A stretch of 63,826 nt of DNA, the filler included, from Octopus bimaculoides (taxonomy: Eukaryota), in the NCBI RefSeq assembly GCF_001194135.2. It is 9 parts of 9 records of this genome, joined end to end, with 100 filler letters (N's around TTAATTAATTAA, not from the genome) between each part and the next. Parts side by side here need not be neighbours in the genome. Positions count along the whole stretch, not along the records: positions 44,184 to 49,542 come from NW_026351484.1; positions 49,643 to 55,785 come from NC_068996.1; positions 55,886 to 58,051 come from NW_026431558.1; positions 58,152 to 61,955 come from NW_026404024.1; 5 more parts are not named here. The stretch is one strand, 5' to 3'. This document shows, piece after piece, positions 47,894-59,319 of the stretch. How positions within the stretch are numbered: position 1 is the stretch's first letter; each line of letters starts with the position of its first letter. The position numbers and the translations under genes are program-made. Below the pieces are notes generated by a model, which ran no database searches, was not told the DNA's origin, and saw only the letters and a program-made list of their open reading frames with translations.

Positions 47894-49540
47894 TTAATGT
47901 TTTCTTTTAACGGTTTGAAGAACCAAAGGATTGATACTCTTTGGTAAAGAACTGCGACGAGAATAAAATGATGTGTCTGGCGCCCGTGTACGTTTTTTAC
48001 CAAAAATACTGCGTGTTTTATCTCGCAATTTGCTTGCTGCCTTTTTGAAGATACGACGACCCACATTTGGTTTCAGTGAATCTCGATATCGATATGATGG
48101 CTCTGTATCTTCCAGTGATTCTGGTGGCCCTACATTATATGGTTGTGCAGTGGCGTGAGAAACCCGTTGTTTTGGTACCCATCGTAAATTATAAGCTTCC
48201 AGTGCATCTAGTAATGGTCTAGATTGCTCTAAACGTGAAGGACCGTGCTTGGATTTAAATCGCACAACATTAGTGTGATAGTCTGGTACATATGGTGAAC
48301 TCTGTGGTTGTGCAGTGGCGGAAGAGCCCCGTTGTTTTGGTGCCCGTTGTAAAAAATAAGCTTCCGGTTCATTTTGTAATGGTCTATATTGCTGTGAACG
48401 TGAACGGCCTTGCTTGGATATATGTGGCTCTACATTCATGTGATAGTCTGATACATGTCGTGGAGGTCGCATCTCAACTCTCAGTGCAGCTCCGTGTGTG
48501 CGTCGTGGTATTACCTTGTGGTGATGTTCTGATACATATTGTGAACTATGTGGTTGTGCAGAGGAGTGAGAGCCCCGTCGTTTTGGTGCCCGTTGTAAAA
48601 AATAATCTTCCAGTTCATCTAGTGATGGTCTAGATTGCTGTGAACGTGAACGGCCTTGCTTGGATATATGTGGCTCTACATTCATGTGATAGTCTGATAC
48701 ATATCGTGGAGGTCGCACCTCAACTCTCAGTGCAGCTCCGTGTGTGCGTCGTGGTGTAACCTTGTGGTGATATTCTGATACATATCGTGAATTATCGTGA
48801 ACTTGATCGGATTTTGGGTCTGCTGAATTATTATTTTTCTGTAAATACGAAACACTCCGACACCTGAGGGGCGCTGAAAATTTGCTTTCAGAAATTCTTC
48901 TAGGAGGATAAATTGCTTTTCTTTCAGATCTGTTATATGACATGTCTACCGCCGAAATTCTGCATTCACGTGACGACATACGGTGAGGATATGGCTTTGG
49001 TATACTGAGGTGTTGTTTGTGTGTTGTGAAATGTTGGCATTCCTCAAATGGTCTTCTAGTTGACGAAATTCCATCATTATTTTCTGGTTGTTCCTTCCTT
49101 GAATGTTTAGGAATATAGAACGAGCATATTAAATTAGTCGTATTATTTTGAATCATTTCCGTGGCTGTATTAATGCGATGTGGGTTTATTCTTGATATCG
49201 AAGATATTTTCCCGCTTTTGATTATGCAGCTTTTGTTCGCTGCAATATTTTCCTGGTCTTCCTTTGGTAAAGAGTTACCTAATTCTGCGCTTCTCTTGTT
49301 CAATTTAACCAGATGGTTGTCAGGGCAGACATCCTTTTCTCCATTCAGTGTCTTACATTCCAATTTGTTGTTTACATACACGTTCTTATCGTCTGCTACT
49401 TCACATAAACATCTCTTAGTTTTCTCGTTTTTTGAATAGTCACGTTTTGCTGTTTCATCAACATCGTTTAACTGGTCATTGTTTTGACCTTCCTTAACAT
49501 CTATTTGAATCATTTCCATCACATCACTAATATGATTCCC
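47894..49540 (-). CDS. Uncharacterised protein of at least 548 aa, predicted disordered, with an internal hierarchical repeat; probable terminal exon or single-exon gene, 5' end in a gap
   Basis: Stop-free for 1647 nt in AT-rich DNA. The frame stays open past the track's GTG start (GNHISDVMEMIQ) into the gap at 49543. The repeat periods (246 and 165 bp) are multiples of 3, and no TE domain is recognised. Confidence 0.7.
   Translation of the reverse strand, partial: GNHISDVMEMIQIDVKEGQNNDQLNDVDETAKRDYSKNEKTKRCLCEVADDKNVYVNNKLECKTLNGEKDVCPDNHLVKLNKRSAELGNSLPKEDQENIAANKSCIIKSGKISSISRINPHRINTATEMIQNNTTNLICSFYIPKHSRKEQPENNDGISSTRRPFEECQHFTTHKQHLSIPKPYPHRMSSRECRISAVDMSYNRSERKAIYPPRRISESKFSAPLRCRSVSYLQKNNNSADPKSDQVHDNSRYVSEYHHKVTPRRTHGAALRVEVRPPRYVSDYHMNVEPHISKQGRSRSQQSRPSLDELEDYFLQRAPKRRGSHSSAQPHSSQYVSEHHHKVIPRRTHGAALRVEMRPPRHVSDYHMNVEPHISKQGRSRSQQYRPLQNEPEAYFLQRAPKQRGSSATAQPQSSPYVPDYHTNVVRFKSKHGPSRLEQSRPLLDALEAYNLRWVPKQRVSHATAQPYNVGPPESLEDTEPSYRYRDSLKPNVGRRIFKKAASKLRDKTRSIFGKKRTRAPDTSFYSRRSSLPKSINPLVLQTVKRKH
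48134..48790 (-). repeat. Coding higher-order tandem repeat A-B-C-A-B-C-B-C (81/84/81-bp units)
   Basis: A=SRYVSEYHHKVTPRRTHGAALRVEVRP, B=PRYVSDYHMNVEPHISKQGRSRSQQSRP, C=SLDELEDYFLQRAPKRRGSHSSAQPHS. Anchor ggtcta at 48216, 48381 and 48627. Confidence 0.95.
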
Positions 49541-49651
49541 AGNNNNNNNNNNNNNNNNNNNNNNNNNNNNNNNNNNNNNNNNNNNNTTAATTAATTAANN
49601 NNNNNNNNNNNNNNNNNNNNNNNNNNNNNNNNNNNNNNNNNNTTCTTCTTC

Positions 49652-49745
<94 letters not shown>

Positions 49746-49929
49746 CGTCAGTGTCTGGAATCGAACTCAGAATCTTGGGATTAGTAGTTGTGTTAACAAC
49801 AAATGAGATGAGGTCAAATATCCGTCAAATGTAAATAATGTAAATAATGTACATAATTGCTCATCTCTTAAATATACAACTGTATAACATGTCTGAATAT
49901 GTCTGTGTGTATGAGTTTTCACTGAGCAT

Positions 49930-50120
49930 GCATCAAGGCTTTCAGTTTCCTGTTTCAAGTAGTCCTTTCTGAACCATTTTCTTGATAGTTCAGCTTTGAT
50001 TCTTGTTTTTTAGAGTGGTTTAATGTCTCTTTCAAACTATCCATGCTGGACACTTTCATATTTGCTTTGCTTTTCTGATCCGATTCCCTCCTTGTCGACG
50101 TTCAGTTTTTTTAACACTTA
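49930..50120 (-). mobile_element. R4/Dong-type LINE small fragment
   Basis: QHG*FERDI..SRKWFRKDYLKQETESL matches the region before the AAQDQAL motif. Confidence 0.45.
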
Positions 50121-50999
50121 AAAAAAAAATAAAACAGATTGTTTATACTGTAAAAGAAGACTTTACAACTAGCCAAGTGTCATTCTAATGGTCCAAGTTC
50201 GTTGCCGACAAATTCTACATTGCTGAGTACACCTCGGTATTCCTTTCTTCCATTGCCTGCCCCAATCAACCACACAGGCTTTTCGATGCAATTATTTATG
50301 CTCTGTCATTAACTTTCAAGTATTTCTATCAAGATTTTGAAATCCAATTAATGATGGCCGCTATCATCCTCGTCCTTATATTCCTCGTTCTCTTCGTCAT
50401 ACTCGTCGTATTCTTCCCCGTCGTTCTCCTCCTCTTCCTCTTCCCCTCCTTCCACCACCACCACCACCACCTCCTCCTACTCCTCTTTCTCTTTCTCTTC
50501 CTCTTCCTCTTCCTCNNNNNNNNNNNNNNNNNNNNNNNNNNNNNNNNNNNNNNNNNNNNNNNNNNNNNNNNNNNNNNNNNNNNNNNNNNNNNNNNNNNNN
50601 NNNNNNNNNNNNNNNNNNNNNNNNNNNNNNNNNNNNNNNNNNNNNNNNNNNNNNNNNNNNNNNNNNNNNNNNNNNNNNNNNNNNNNNNNNNNNNNNNNNN
50701 NNNNNNNNNNNNNNNNNNNNNNNNNNNNNNNNNNNNNNNNNNNNNNNNNNNNNNNNNNNNNNNNNNNNNNNNNNNNNNNNNNNNNNNNNNNNNNNNNNNN
50801 NNNNNNNNNNNNNNNNNNNNNNNNNNNNCTCATCTCCCCCCTCCTATGAAATTTACGGTGAAATGTGTGCAGAGCCAAAAAGGCTTATCTTTATTTCTTT
50901 AAGCATGTGGGTAATAAAGAAAGAAATAGAGAAATTCATAGACATGATACCAGGAAAATCAGGCGTTGTAGAGAGCGTTCCTCTGATAGCAAGCTTCAT

Positions 51000-51990
51000 A
51001 ATTTATCATTATTATTATTTATTCTTTTTAGCTCAGGTTTTGTTGTAACTCCTGGAGTCTTGCATGCATAGTAGGCTTACTACCTCCAGCCTACGGTACC
51101 AAGCTATCTGTTCTTTTCAACTATCAAATACTTTCCTGATTATTCTGGCCATGCCAAGGAGGCAAACCTTTCGCAACACTTCTACTGGGCCCTCTATTCC
51201 AATTTCCTTTATATTCTTCTTGATGCTTTCTGATACTGTTCCCAAGAATCCAACAATAATTGGCACTATCGTCACCTTCTTCCATTTTCATAGCCGAGCA
51301 ATTTCATACTGAAGGGATTGTATCTATCTATCTTTTCGCTATCCTCTTTAACTATTCGTTGGTCAAACGGGCATGTAACACCAACTATATAGCACATGTT
51401 GTGCACTGTGTCCACCACCACTAGATCTGGTCTGTTATTCTCTAGCACCCGATCTCTTTGGATTGGGAAATCCCAGGGAATTTTGCAATTCTCTGACTCC
51501 ACCACTGTCTGCGGTTTGTGCTCATACCACGTCTTGACTCTTTCTAGCCCCGACTTTTCGCACAGTTTCCAATATAGTACTTTCTTTACCTTATCGTGTG
51601 GCTACAACTTGTAGTGGTTTTGAGCAAGTCTAGGGCATTCGTTTGTAATCAGAGCAATGATTTCGTCCACTCTATTACAGATGCGGCACAGCGGAAACAC
51701 TTGCTCATTCCTCAGATTCACCCTCCAGTTCGTGCCCAAAGCTTGGTCTTGCGCTGCCAATATAGTGCTGCCAGTCTTTTTTTCCAGTGTTCTTTTCATC
51801 AGCCAATCCCACCTATATTTTCCAGCAACTTCAATTGAGGCTCCATGAAATTGATTGTGTAGTCCCTTCTTGCGTAATTCTTCTTCATGTCCTTTTTGTA
51901 ATTCTTCCTTTGTGTTTTCCATTTTTCTCTGCTTTCAATACTCCCTCCTTCCTAACTGATGCTAGTAAGGTTTCCTTCCTTTGGGAAGCT
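51000..51990 (-). mobile_element. R4/Dong-type LINE 3' portion with CCHC and RLE domains and an (AAT)n tail
   Basis: ILAAQDQALGTNW..LCRICNRVDEII..ECPRLAQ, WDFPIQRDRVLENNRPDLVVVD, ending ..RIIRKVFD* followed by aataataat. Confidence 0.85.
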
Positions 51991-52021
51991 CATTACTACT
52001 ACTCATTAAGGTCATTAAACT

Positions 52022-52092
<71 letters not shown>

Positions 52093-52109
52093 ATCCTCCT
52101 CCTCATCAT

Positions 52110-53135
52110 CATCAACATTGGATATGTGCTGTGGTTTGCTGTGATGCTCTTATGGTTACTGTATTGAAAGTGTTTTGCGTAGGATGTGTGCAGTGCCCAG
52201 TAGTGCAATTTTCTGTATGTTATATATATTTGTAAGTCCTGGTGTTTTTGTTATGTATTTGTCTGAATATTTTTTTTTATTATACCTAAAGTACCTACTA
52301 TGATAGGAATTGTTTCTGTTTTTAGATTCCACATTCGAGTTACCTCTATTTCCAGGTCTTTGTACTTGGAAAGTTTCTCCATTTTTTTTAGGGAAACGTC
52401 GTCATCTGCTGGTATCGATACATCAATTAGAAAGCATTTTTTCCTTCATGATCTTTAACAACTATATCTGGTCTATTTGCCTTAATTTCTCTATCTGTGC
52501 GTATTAGCATATCCCAGAGTATGGTTGCTTTCTCGTTTTCTGTGTCCTTTTCTGGCGTGTGTTTATACCATCTTTTTTCTGTTGTTATTCCATAATGTTG
52601 GCATAACTTCCAGTGTATATAGGTCTCAGCTCTGTCGCGTCTGTGAATATATTCCTTCTTAGCCAGGACTGGGCAGCCAGAGATAATATGATTTATTGTT
52701 TCTTGTCCATCTCCACATATTCTGCAGTTACTTGTTATGTTTCTTTTCATTATATGCTTTTGATAATTTCTGTTGGGGAGGCTTTGGTCTTGTGCTGCAA
52801 TTAAAAATCCTTCAGTCTCTGCTTTGTGTCCTGAGCTTTTTTGTTTTGCTCGTGTTTTGTGGCTATTTGTATTAGTTTTCCTTGCTTCCGAAGTAGGTAT
52901 TTTTGCAGTCCTATGGTGGTTATTTTATAATAGTTTTTCAGTTGTATAAGACCCCTGCCACCTTCTGTACGTTGTATATATAGCCTTTCTATGTCAGATT
53001 TTGGGTGGTGCATCCTAGATCCTGTCATTATTTTTCTTGCTTCCCTGTCTATTTTGGTTAGTTCATTTAGTGTCCAGTTCAGGATATTGTAGCTGCAACT
53101 TATAACTGGGAAAGCTAAAGTGTTAATACCTATTA
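52110..53135 (-). mobile_element. R4/Dong-type LINE 3' portion, between (TAC)n at 52023-52092 and (TTA)n/(TTG)n at 53136-53265
   Basis: GINTLAFPVI..MHHPKSDIERLYIQRTEGGRGL, CRICGDGQETINHIISGC, ANRPDIVVKD and IQKIALLGTAHILRKTL. Confidence 0.9.
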
Positions 53136-53140
53136 TCTTG

Positions 53141-53265
<125 letters not shown>

Positions 53266-54193
53266 NNNNNNNNNNNNNNNNNNNNNNNNNNNNNNNNNNN
53301 NNNNNNNNNNNNNNNNNNNNNNNNNNNNNNNNNNNNNNNNNNNNNNNNNNNNNNNNNNNNNNNNNNNNNNNNNNNNNNNNNNNNNNNNNNNNNNNNNNNN
53401 NNNNNNNNNNNNNNNNNNNNNNNNNNNNNNNNNNNNNNNNNNNNNNNNNNNNNNNNNNNNNNNNNNNNNNNNNNNNNNNNNNNNNNNNNNNNNNNNNNNN
53501 NNNNNNNNNNNNNNNNNNNNNNNNNNNNNNNNNNNNNNNNNNNNNNNNNNNNNNNNNNNNNNNNNNNNNNNNNNNNNNNNNNNNNNNNNNNNNNNNNNNN
53601 NNNNNNNNNNNNNNNNNNNNNNNNNNNNNNNNNNNNNNNNNNNNNNNNNNNNNNNNNNNNNNNNNNNNNNNNNNNNNNNNNNNNNNNNNNNNNNNNNNNN
53701 NNNNNNNNNNNNNNNNNNNNNNNNNNNNNNNNNNNNNNNNNNNNNNNNNNNNNNNNNNNNNNNNNNNNNNNNNNNNNNNNNNNNNNNNNNNNNNNNNNNN
53801 NNNNNNNNNNNNNNNNNNNNNNNNNNNNNNNNNNNNNNNNNNNNNNNNNNNNNNNNNNNNNNNNNNNNNNNNNNNNNNNNNNNNNNNNNNNNNNNNNNNN
53901 NNNNNNNNNNNNNNNNNNNNNNNNNNNNNNNNNNNNNNNNNNNNNNNNNNNNNNNNNNNNNNNNNNNNNNNNNNNNNNNNNNNNNNNNNNNNNNNNNNNN
54001 NNNNNNNNNNNNNNNNNNNNNNNNNNNNNNNNNNNNNNNNNNNNNNNNNNNNNNNNNNNNNNNNNNNNNNNNNNNNNNNNNNNNNNNNNNNNNNNNNNNN
54101 NNNNNNNNNNNNNNNNNNNNNNNNNNNNNNNNNNNNNNNNNNNNNNNNNNNNNNNNNNNNNNNNNNNNNNNNNNNNNNNNNNNNNNNNNNNNN

Positions 54194-54590
54194 CTTTTGC
54201 TATCATTCCCAGGGCACCTATGACAATAGGTATTGTTTTAGTCTTCAGGTTCCACATTTTGCTAATTTCTATTTCAAGATCTTTATATTTGCTCAGTTTT
54301 TGGTAGGTCTTGACAGATACGTTTATATCGATTGGGACAGTCATATCAATGAGGAGGAATGATTTTTGTCTGAAGTCTTTCAGTATGATGTCTGGCCTAT
54401 TTGCGTCTATCTTTCTGTCAGTTTGAATGGTGAAGTTCCAGAGGAGTGCGATGTGATCATTTTCAAGTACTGGGGGTGGTTTGTGTTCCCACCAGTTTTT
54501 ATCATGGAGCAGGTCAAGGTTTTTGCAAATTACCCAGTGAATATATGGCGCTGCTCTATCATACCTGTTGAGATGCTGGTTAGTTTATCA
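54194..54590 (-). mobile_element. R4/Dong-type LINE RLE fragment (distinct subfamily)
   Basis: WNFTIQTDRKIDANRPDIILKD..LIDMTVP..YQKLSKYKDLEIEISKMWNLKTKTIPIVIGALG. Confidence 0.85.
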
Positions 54591-54706
54591 ATATAACAAT
54601 AGCAAAAATTAAATGTTTATATAACTTTCTGTAACAATATAAATAACAACAAACTTGCGCTAATGATGTGCAATACATGTCGATGGACGAACAACAAGAA
54701 CAATAG

Positions 54707-54748
<42 letters not shown>

Positions 54749-55300
54749 CGGTAACTGTCCGAGCTGCTGTTGTTTCTGCTTTCACCCCATCATAAACTTT
54801 GTTGTTGCACTGACAGCGGTGGTGGAGTAGGTGGCAGCCGTGCTCGATATTTTATTGTTGTTGCTGTTGGTTGATGCCTTTGGTATTGTCTCATTTACTG
54901 CAGGAAAACTGGAATTAAATTCTGCTTATCGTTGTTGCTGCTGCTGTTGCTGTCTGTTGTCAGAGCAGTAGTGTGGTCCACTGCATTTTGAATATGGTGA
55001 GTGTTCACCTCCCCTTCCATTTGAGGGTAGAAGCTGAAGCATTCTAAGATGTCTGTATTATTTCCTCCACCCTGTCAATTAGAAGGGCGGCTGTTGTCAT
55101 TTTAGTTTTTTCCAAACAAAATGAATATTTTCTTTTCGGATTTGATCCCCCAAGGGACACAAACCCACAAACAGACGTGTGCAACGGCTATGGTTACGAC
55201 AAACCTTGTGTAACAAAATAAACAATAAACAACTTTTGGAGACACAAAATAAACGGTAGACTTACGAACAAGAAAGATACGCATGCATCAAATACAATTG

Positions 55301-55389
<89 letters not shown>

Positions 55390-55638
55390 CCTTTCAACTG
55401 GAAGCACAAGGCCTCAAATTTAAGGGAAGGGATTAAGTCGATTACATCGATCCCAGTGCGTAGCTGGTGCTTATTTAATCGGCCCCGAAAAGATGAAATG
55501 CAAAGTTGACCTTGGAATTTGAACTGAGAACGTAGCGACGGGCGAAATACCGCTAAGCATTTCGTCCAAAGTGGTAACGATTCTGTCAGCTCGCCGCCCT
55601 AGGAATAATAATAATAATAACAATAATAATACTAATAC

Positions 55639-55704
<66 letters not shown>

Positions 55705-55710
55705 CAGAAA

Positions 55711-55785
55711 ATGGAATAACAACAGAAAAAAGATGGTATAAACACACGCCAGAAAAGGTCACAGAAAACGAGAAAGCAACCATAC
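55711..55785 (+). mobile_element. R4/Dong-type LINE fragment starting in (AAT)n, running into a gap
   Basis: GITTEKRWYKHTPEKVTENEKATI, nearly identical to 52520-52590 and 3930-4001. Confidence 0.8.
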
Positions 55786-55885
55786 NNNNNNNNNNNNNNN
55801 NNNNNNNNNNNNNNNNNNNNNNNNNNNNNTTAATTAATTAANNNNNNNNNNNNNNNNNNNNNNNNNNNNNNNNNNNNNNNNNNNN

Positions 55886-56457
55886 TAAAGTAAGCATGTA
55901 TCCTATCGGCGACGCCAATAAACTCTGTTATGTTTCCCTCGGGTGACTCGCAGAGATAACACAACGAGTTATACAATTTAATTATTACATACAAAGAACG
56001 CACTCACCCAATGTTCGTTATGAATAAACAAAAGTCATGTCCGCCATATATATATCAAGGACATTTTACCACGACAGTCCCACAAGACAACAACAATGAA
56101 ACAATGAACTCAGACGAGCCACATGACACACGGAACGTCAGACGAATTACATATCTAACAGTCCATATAACATCATGGATATAAAGCAGCTTGATGATTT
56201 AGCTATCGAAGTACTTACTGTGCCTGAGTTAAAGAAATATTTAAGATTATATGGACAGTATGTTATTGGAAGAAAGGCGGACTTGACTGATTGGTTGAAA
56301 GGAATAAAAATTCTGTTGATGAAGAATGTCAACAAAGTGAATTCATCGGACGATAAGTCTGAAGTATCGGAATAAGCAGAAGCTTATATCTCCTCTCGGT
56401 GTCTACATGGAGCGCCGCCTAGCCAAGGGAGATAACCTACTTATAGGAAAGCCCTAT
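55886..56457 (+). mobile_element. Non-autonomous DNA-transposon derivative retaining a SAP-domain ORF (56175-56375)
   Basis: LTVPELKKYLRLYGQYVIGRKADLTDWL fits the SAP motif pattern. Shares sequence and right end with 41584-41927. Confidence 0.6.
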
Positions 56458-57841
56458 AGAAAGCAAGTTCTATCTGTGTGTGATCCTGGCTGGGGACCAA
56501 AAATGTAACAAACACTTAGCCACATGTGTGCGGGTATGTATTTATATATGTATGTATGTACATATGTATGGTTGCATATATACGTGAGTGTACATGCATG
56601 TGTTCCGCACGTGTGTGATTGAGCATATAGCGTGTGCGTATTTTTATACATGTATTTGAGGATAACTGTGCGTGTATGGGTATGTGTGTGTATGTATGTA
56701 TGTATGTATGTATGTATGTAGGGAGATAGGGAGGTATATACAGTAATGCCTCGATATACAAGTTATTTAATTCCCAGAGATAGCTCGTAAAGCGAAAACT
56801 CTTAAAACAGCAATAATTTCCTAGAACAGCAATGTTATAAATCGTATTTCAGTGGAAATCATCATCAACAACAATAATAACGTTCTAAAATCCACTTTTC
56901 CATGCTTGTATTGGACAGGCAAGCGTAAGAGNNNNNNNNNNNNNNNNNNNNNNNNNNNNNNNNNNNNNNNNNNNNNNNNNNNNNNNNNNNNNNNNNNNNN
57001 NNNNNNNNNNNNNNNNNNNNNNNNNNNNNNNNNNNNNNNNNNNNNNNNNNNNNNNNNNNNNNNNNNNNNNNNNNNNNNNNNNNNNNNNNNNNNNNNNNNN
57101 NNNNNNNNNNNNNNNNNNNNNNNNNNNNNNNNNNNNNNNNNNNNNNNNNNNNNNNNNNNNNNNNNNNNNNNNNNNNNNNNNNNNNNNNNNNNNNNNNNNN
57201 NNNNNNNNNNNNNNNNNNNNNNNNNNNNNNNNNNNNNNNNNNNNNNNNNNNNNNNNNNNNNNNNNNNNNNNNNNNNNNNNNNNNNNNNNNNNNNNNNNNN
57301 NNNNNNNNNNNNNNNNNNNNNNNNNNNNNNNNNNNNNNNNNNNNNNNNNNNNNNNNNNNNNNNNNNNNNNNNNNNNNNNNNNNNNNNNNNNNNNNNNNNN
57401 NNNNNNNNNNNNNNNNNNNNNNNNNNNNNNNNNNNNNNNNNNNNNNNNNNNNNNNNNNNNNNNNNNNNNNNNNNNNNNNNNNNNNNNNNTTAAAACTGCT
57501 TTTGTTTCCATTGTACAAATCCTCAGTTTTAAAGAGATCTAAAGAAAACCTTCCTTGTGTTCCAAACACTAATTTAGTAAGGATAAGGTTATTTCGCTAA
57601 ATTCTTCATCATTTATTAAAACAAAGGCAATGTATTTCAGCAGAAATATGGTAAGAAAAGGATTAACATACACAAATATCCCAGACTATTATGTCTAAAT
57701 GATTAGATGTTCCCCTTCAGATTAAGCCATTATTTAGAAAGGTTATGTTGCATTGGCAAAGGGGATTAAATTTCTTCTTTCTAACACAAAAATGGAAGGT
57801 CAACAGGTGAGTCGATCATTTAGAAGGGTTTTATAGCATTA

Positions 57842-58051
57842 GGTGGAGGCACATGGCTTAGTAGTTAGGGTGTTGGACTCATGATCGTAGGATTGTGGTT
57901 TCGATTCCTGGACAGGGCGATGCGTTGTGTTCTTGAGCAAAGCACTTCATTCCACGTTGCTCCAGTCCACTCAGCTGGCAAAAATGAGTAATCATGCAAC
58001 GGATCGGCGTCCCATCCAGGTGGGAAATTTCTACGCCACTGAAACCGGCCC
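57842..58051 (+). mobile_element. tRNA-derived SINE, family D (partial minus copy ~60320-60380)
   Basis: ggcttagtagttagggtgttggactcatgatcgtaggattgtggtttcgattcc head, followed by acggatcggcgtcccatccagg. Confidence 0.7.
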
Positions 58052-58882
58052 NNNNNNNNNNNNNNNNNNNNNNNNNNNNNNNNNNNNNNNNNNNNTTAAT
58101 TAATTAANNNNNNNNNNNNNNNNNNNNNNNNNNNNNNNNNNNNNNNNNNNNACAGATAGCAATGAAAAGGGCATCTAGCTATCTACTTCAATGGATTTCA
58201 TTTGGTTCATGCAAAAACTGGAAAATGGACATTAAACCAATTAACTGGGTCAATAATACCTAATCTGAGAAGGAATTAAATTCCAGATTGTTTACTAAAT
58301 TCTGTTAAGGCTTTTAAACACAACTCCACAAAATTTAGCCTCTTGAAAAAAAAACTGGCCAACAAAGGATTCTTGGTCACTTGACATGATAGAAACAGTT
58401 GCTAAATTTCCCTCAAATCACATCCAACCATGTTAAGTGGAAAAAGTTTAGATACTGTATTCCAGGATGTGATGTGTCTGAAAAAATAAATGTGATTGTC
58501 ACAGTTGGAATGCCTTAAACTGGAGCTAAATAACAAGAACAACAGCTAACACCTTTTATCTTCAGTCGAGTGATTAATTTTAGAATTGTCTTCGGTCTGT
58601 AAATTACACTCCAACAATTTATGCAAGTGTTTTGANNNNNNNNNNNNNNNNNNNNNNNNNNNNNNNNNNNNNNNNNNNNNNNNNNNNNNNNNNNNNNNNN
58701 NNNNNNNNNNNNNNNNNNNNNNNNNNNNNNNNNNNNNNNNNNNNNNNNNNNNNNNNNNNNNNNNNNNNNNNNNNNNNNNNNNNNNNNNNNNNNNNNNNNN
58801 NNNNNNNNNNNNNNNNNNNNNNNNNNNNNNNNNNNNNNCTATTTCAAGCAAAGGAAAATATAACTGTCCAAAAATATCTTAC

Positions 58883-59319
58883 CACAATACTATTTTCATT
58901 GACTTCTCTTCCTTTTCCATTTATTTCAATTGTCTCTTGTGAAATATTGAAAATCAGCTTACTATTCAAATCCTTGTCTGTAGCTTTTATTGAAGTAATA
59001 TAAGAATTAACAGTTATGTTTTCATAAAGTTCTATGTTTGTTTTACCCAGTATCAGTTTTGGCGTTTCATCATTAACATCTTCTACAATGACATATACTT
59101 CAGTAGTGGCTGTTTTAGATGGATTTCCTCCATCAGTGGCAAGAATGGTAAGATTATAAAAGGATTTATTTTCACGGTTTAATTTACTGCTGAGAAAAAT
59201 ACTTCCATCCTCTGAATTTATGCGAAAGACTCCGGTTTGTGTTTTTAGACGGTAGTTCACCTGATTGAATGGACTTGTCTTATCATCATCTTTTGCAGTA
59301 ACATTTAAAAGCCAACTAT
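58883..59319 (-). CDS. Internal exon (437 bp, phase 1 to phase 0) of a multi-exon cadherin, covering ~1.5 extracellular cadherin repeats
   Basis: Motifs AKDDD, LNRE, ATDGGNP, DVNDETP, YEN and ATDKD. Acceptor ttctctaattatattccttgcag|AT at 59320/59319, donor GTG|gtaaga at 58883/58882. Confidence 0.9.

Noticed and set aside
48292-48633. Plus-strand Val-rich ORFs (48292-48633, 47973-48158, 49161-49439)
   Set aside because: Antisense shadows of the 47894-49540 coding repeat.
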